From: Macrostomum lignano
Taxonomy: Eukaryota
Reading direction: 5' to 3'
Assembly: GCA_002269645.1 (NCBI GenBank)
Contig: NIVC01002133.1
Location: 62,001 to 126,000, forward strand
Length of the DNA stretch: 64,000 nucleotides
The notes under the pieces: generated by a model
Told to the model about the DNA's origin: nothing
Seen by the model: the letters and a program-made list of their open reading frames with translations, nothing else
Database searches by the model: none
Translations under genes and position numbers: made by a program
Shown here: positions 62,362 through 64,000 of the stretch, piece by piece
Layout: each line of letters opens with the position of its first letter
Position numbering within the stretch: position 1 is the first letter of the stretch

Positions 62362-62856
62362 ATGGCTGCCCGGGTGAGTCCAGCTGACGTCACTGTTGTC
62401 GGCGTTAGCGGCAACTCCAGTGCCGCCGAGCCGTCGCCACCGCCGCCGCTGCCCCGCACCAGACGGGAGCTCCGATCCGGCCGCCTGCTCGCCCTCTGCC
62501 ATTTGAAGCCGCCAGCGCCGGCTCCTGGCGCCTCAACGTCGGCCTCGCGCTCGTCCTCGTCCTGCACTCGCCGCGTCGCCTTTCTATTCCACGGCGTCGG
62601 CGGCAGCGTCGACGTGTTCCGTCACCAGGTGCCGCTGCTGCTGCGCCTCGGCTTCGAGGTGGTCGCCCAGGACCTCCTCGGCCATGGGGCCAGCGGCACC
62701 TCGTCGAACCCGGACGACTTCAGCTTCACCGCCCTGCGGCGGGACGCCGTCCGCCTGTTCGACGAGCTCGCTGCGCCCGACGGTGACAACATCCTGCTGG
62801 GGCACTCCTATGGCACCTCCTTTGTGACCTACCTGTGCCACGAGCGGTCTCGCATG
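62362..62856 (+). CDS. ABHD8: ABHD8-like alpha/beta hydrolase, exon 1
   Basis: FHGVGGS...Q.....LGFEVVA.DL.GHG.S and the nucleophile elbow GHSYG; ATG|gtgcgc donor, phase 0. Confidence 0.9.
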
Positions 62857-62889
62857 GTGCGCTGGGGAGAATTTTTACTGTGTGGAAAA

Positions 62890-63310
62890 CTCTGTGGCTT
62901 GAAATTACCCTAGTGGATTATCTGTGCCTTGAAATTCCCCTAGTGGATTATCTGTACCTTGAAATTCCCCACTGGATTATCTGTACCTTGAAATTCCCCA
63001 CTGGATTATCTGTACCTTAAATTCCCCACTGGATTATTTGTACCTTGAAATTCCCCACTGGATTATCTGTGCCTTGAAATTCCACTAGTGGATTATCTGT
63101 CCCTTGAACTTCCCCTAGTGGATTATCTTTATCTTGAAATCCCCACTGAATTATCTGTGTCTTGAAATTCCCCATTGGATTTGATTATATGTGTATTGAA
63201 ATTCCCCTAGTCGATTAACTGTGCCTTGAAATTCCCCACTGGATTATCTGTGTCTTAAAATCCCCACTGTAGATTGTATTTGTCTCGAACTCCCGTATTA
63301 AACTGTGTCT
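62890..63310. repeat. 29-bp minisatellite (tgaaattccccactggattatctgtacct) in ABHD8 intron 1
   Basis: About 14 progressively degenerate units. Confidence 0.9.
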
Positions 63311-63403
63311 TGAAGTCACTTTGGATTATCAGTGTCTCAATGTAGTTATTGAGTCTGCGCCCCCAGCAACCGCAAACCCACCGCTTGCCCTGCCACCCCG
63401 CAG

Positions 63404-63664
63404 GTGACGCTGGCAATCCAGCTTGCCGGCGGCGGCCCCAACGCGCTTGGCAACGAACCGGGCAGCGTGTTCTCCTGCTGCACCTGCTTCTTCGTGTGCG
63501 CCGGGCCCGCCCTGCGCTGGCTGGTCCGCAGGCGGCTTTTCCGCCCCCACGGCCCGGCCAGCGGCTCCGACAGGCGGCTGGCGTTCGGCGTTGGCGCGCG
63601 CGAGTTCAAAATGACAATGAACGGGCAGTGCTGGGCTCTCGGGGACGAGATCTACCATGCCGAG
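63404..63664 (+). CDS. ABHD8: ABHD8-like hydrolase, exon 2; the gene continues beyond the window
   Basis: GGGP.AL and M.GQ.W..GDE.YHAE match ABHD8; ccccgcag| acceptor and GAG|gttggt donor. Confidence 0.9.
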
Positions 63665-63769
63665 GTTGGTCATTAACGATAATAACGATAATTCATACCC
63701 AGAGGGTGTACAGCAGCCCTGACTTTCTAATCGTCAGGCATGTACACTCTCTGCGCCTTGGGGGTCCCA

Positions 63770-64000
63770 AGAACCGCCCCAATCCGCTGTGAGAATCGCC
63801 ATAATTCCGCCCCAATCCGCCCGAGAACCGCCCCAATCCGCTCCGTGAACCGCCCCAATCCGCCCGTGAACCGCCCCAATCCGCCCGAGAACCGCCCCAA
63901 TCCGCCCGAGAACCGCCCCAATCCGCCCGAGAACCGCCCCAATCCGCGCCGAGAACCGCCCCAAGAACCGTCCTGAGAACTGCCCCAATCCGCTCCGAGA
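63770..64000. repeat. 21-bp minisatellite (gaaccgccccaatccgcccga) in ABHD8 intron 2
   Basis: Tandem copies running to the window edge. Confidence 0.92.

Overview
Eukaryotic (animal) genomic DNA. GT-AG introns, GC3- and Ala-rich exons and very dense, locus-specific micro/minisatellites suggest a free-living flatworm such as Macrostomum; this taxon is inference only. Eight protein-coding genes can be supported. (1) The 5' part of a Nav2/DSC1-type voltage-gated cation channel (minus strand, runs off the left edge). (2) A two-exon orphan of ~163 aa with microtubule-inner-protein-like motifs and an upstream X-box. (3) A shortened three-exon CCDC177/CCDC185-like gene. (4) Intronless DAD1. (5) Intronless LLPH. 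(6) A complete five-exon tailless/TLX (NR2E1) nuclear receptor. (7) An intronless REEP1-4-type gene. (8) The first two exons of ABHD8. There is also one tRNA-Gly(GCC). An AT-rich block at ~15.8-25.8 kb is a transposon nest. It holds a decayed MULE transposase, MULE-type MITEs with 9-bp TSDs (one nested in another), a tRNA-derived SINE candidate with a 14-bp TSD and a 156-bp palindrome. By rough tally about 18 kb (~28%) of the window is tandem repeat in more than 25 separate arrays. Several arrays share core motifs, abut splice sites or start codons, or lie inside a dispersed element, which suggests a mechanism that seeds and spreads minisatellites. No CRISPR array or prokaryotic system is present, and most long ORFs in the ORF track are repeat artefacts. 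Exon structures were derived by eye, with splice phases checked, not from RNA data.
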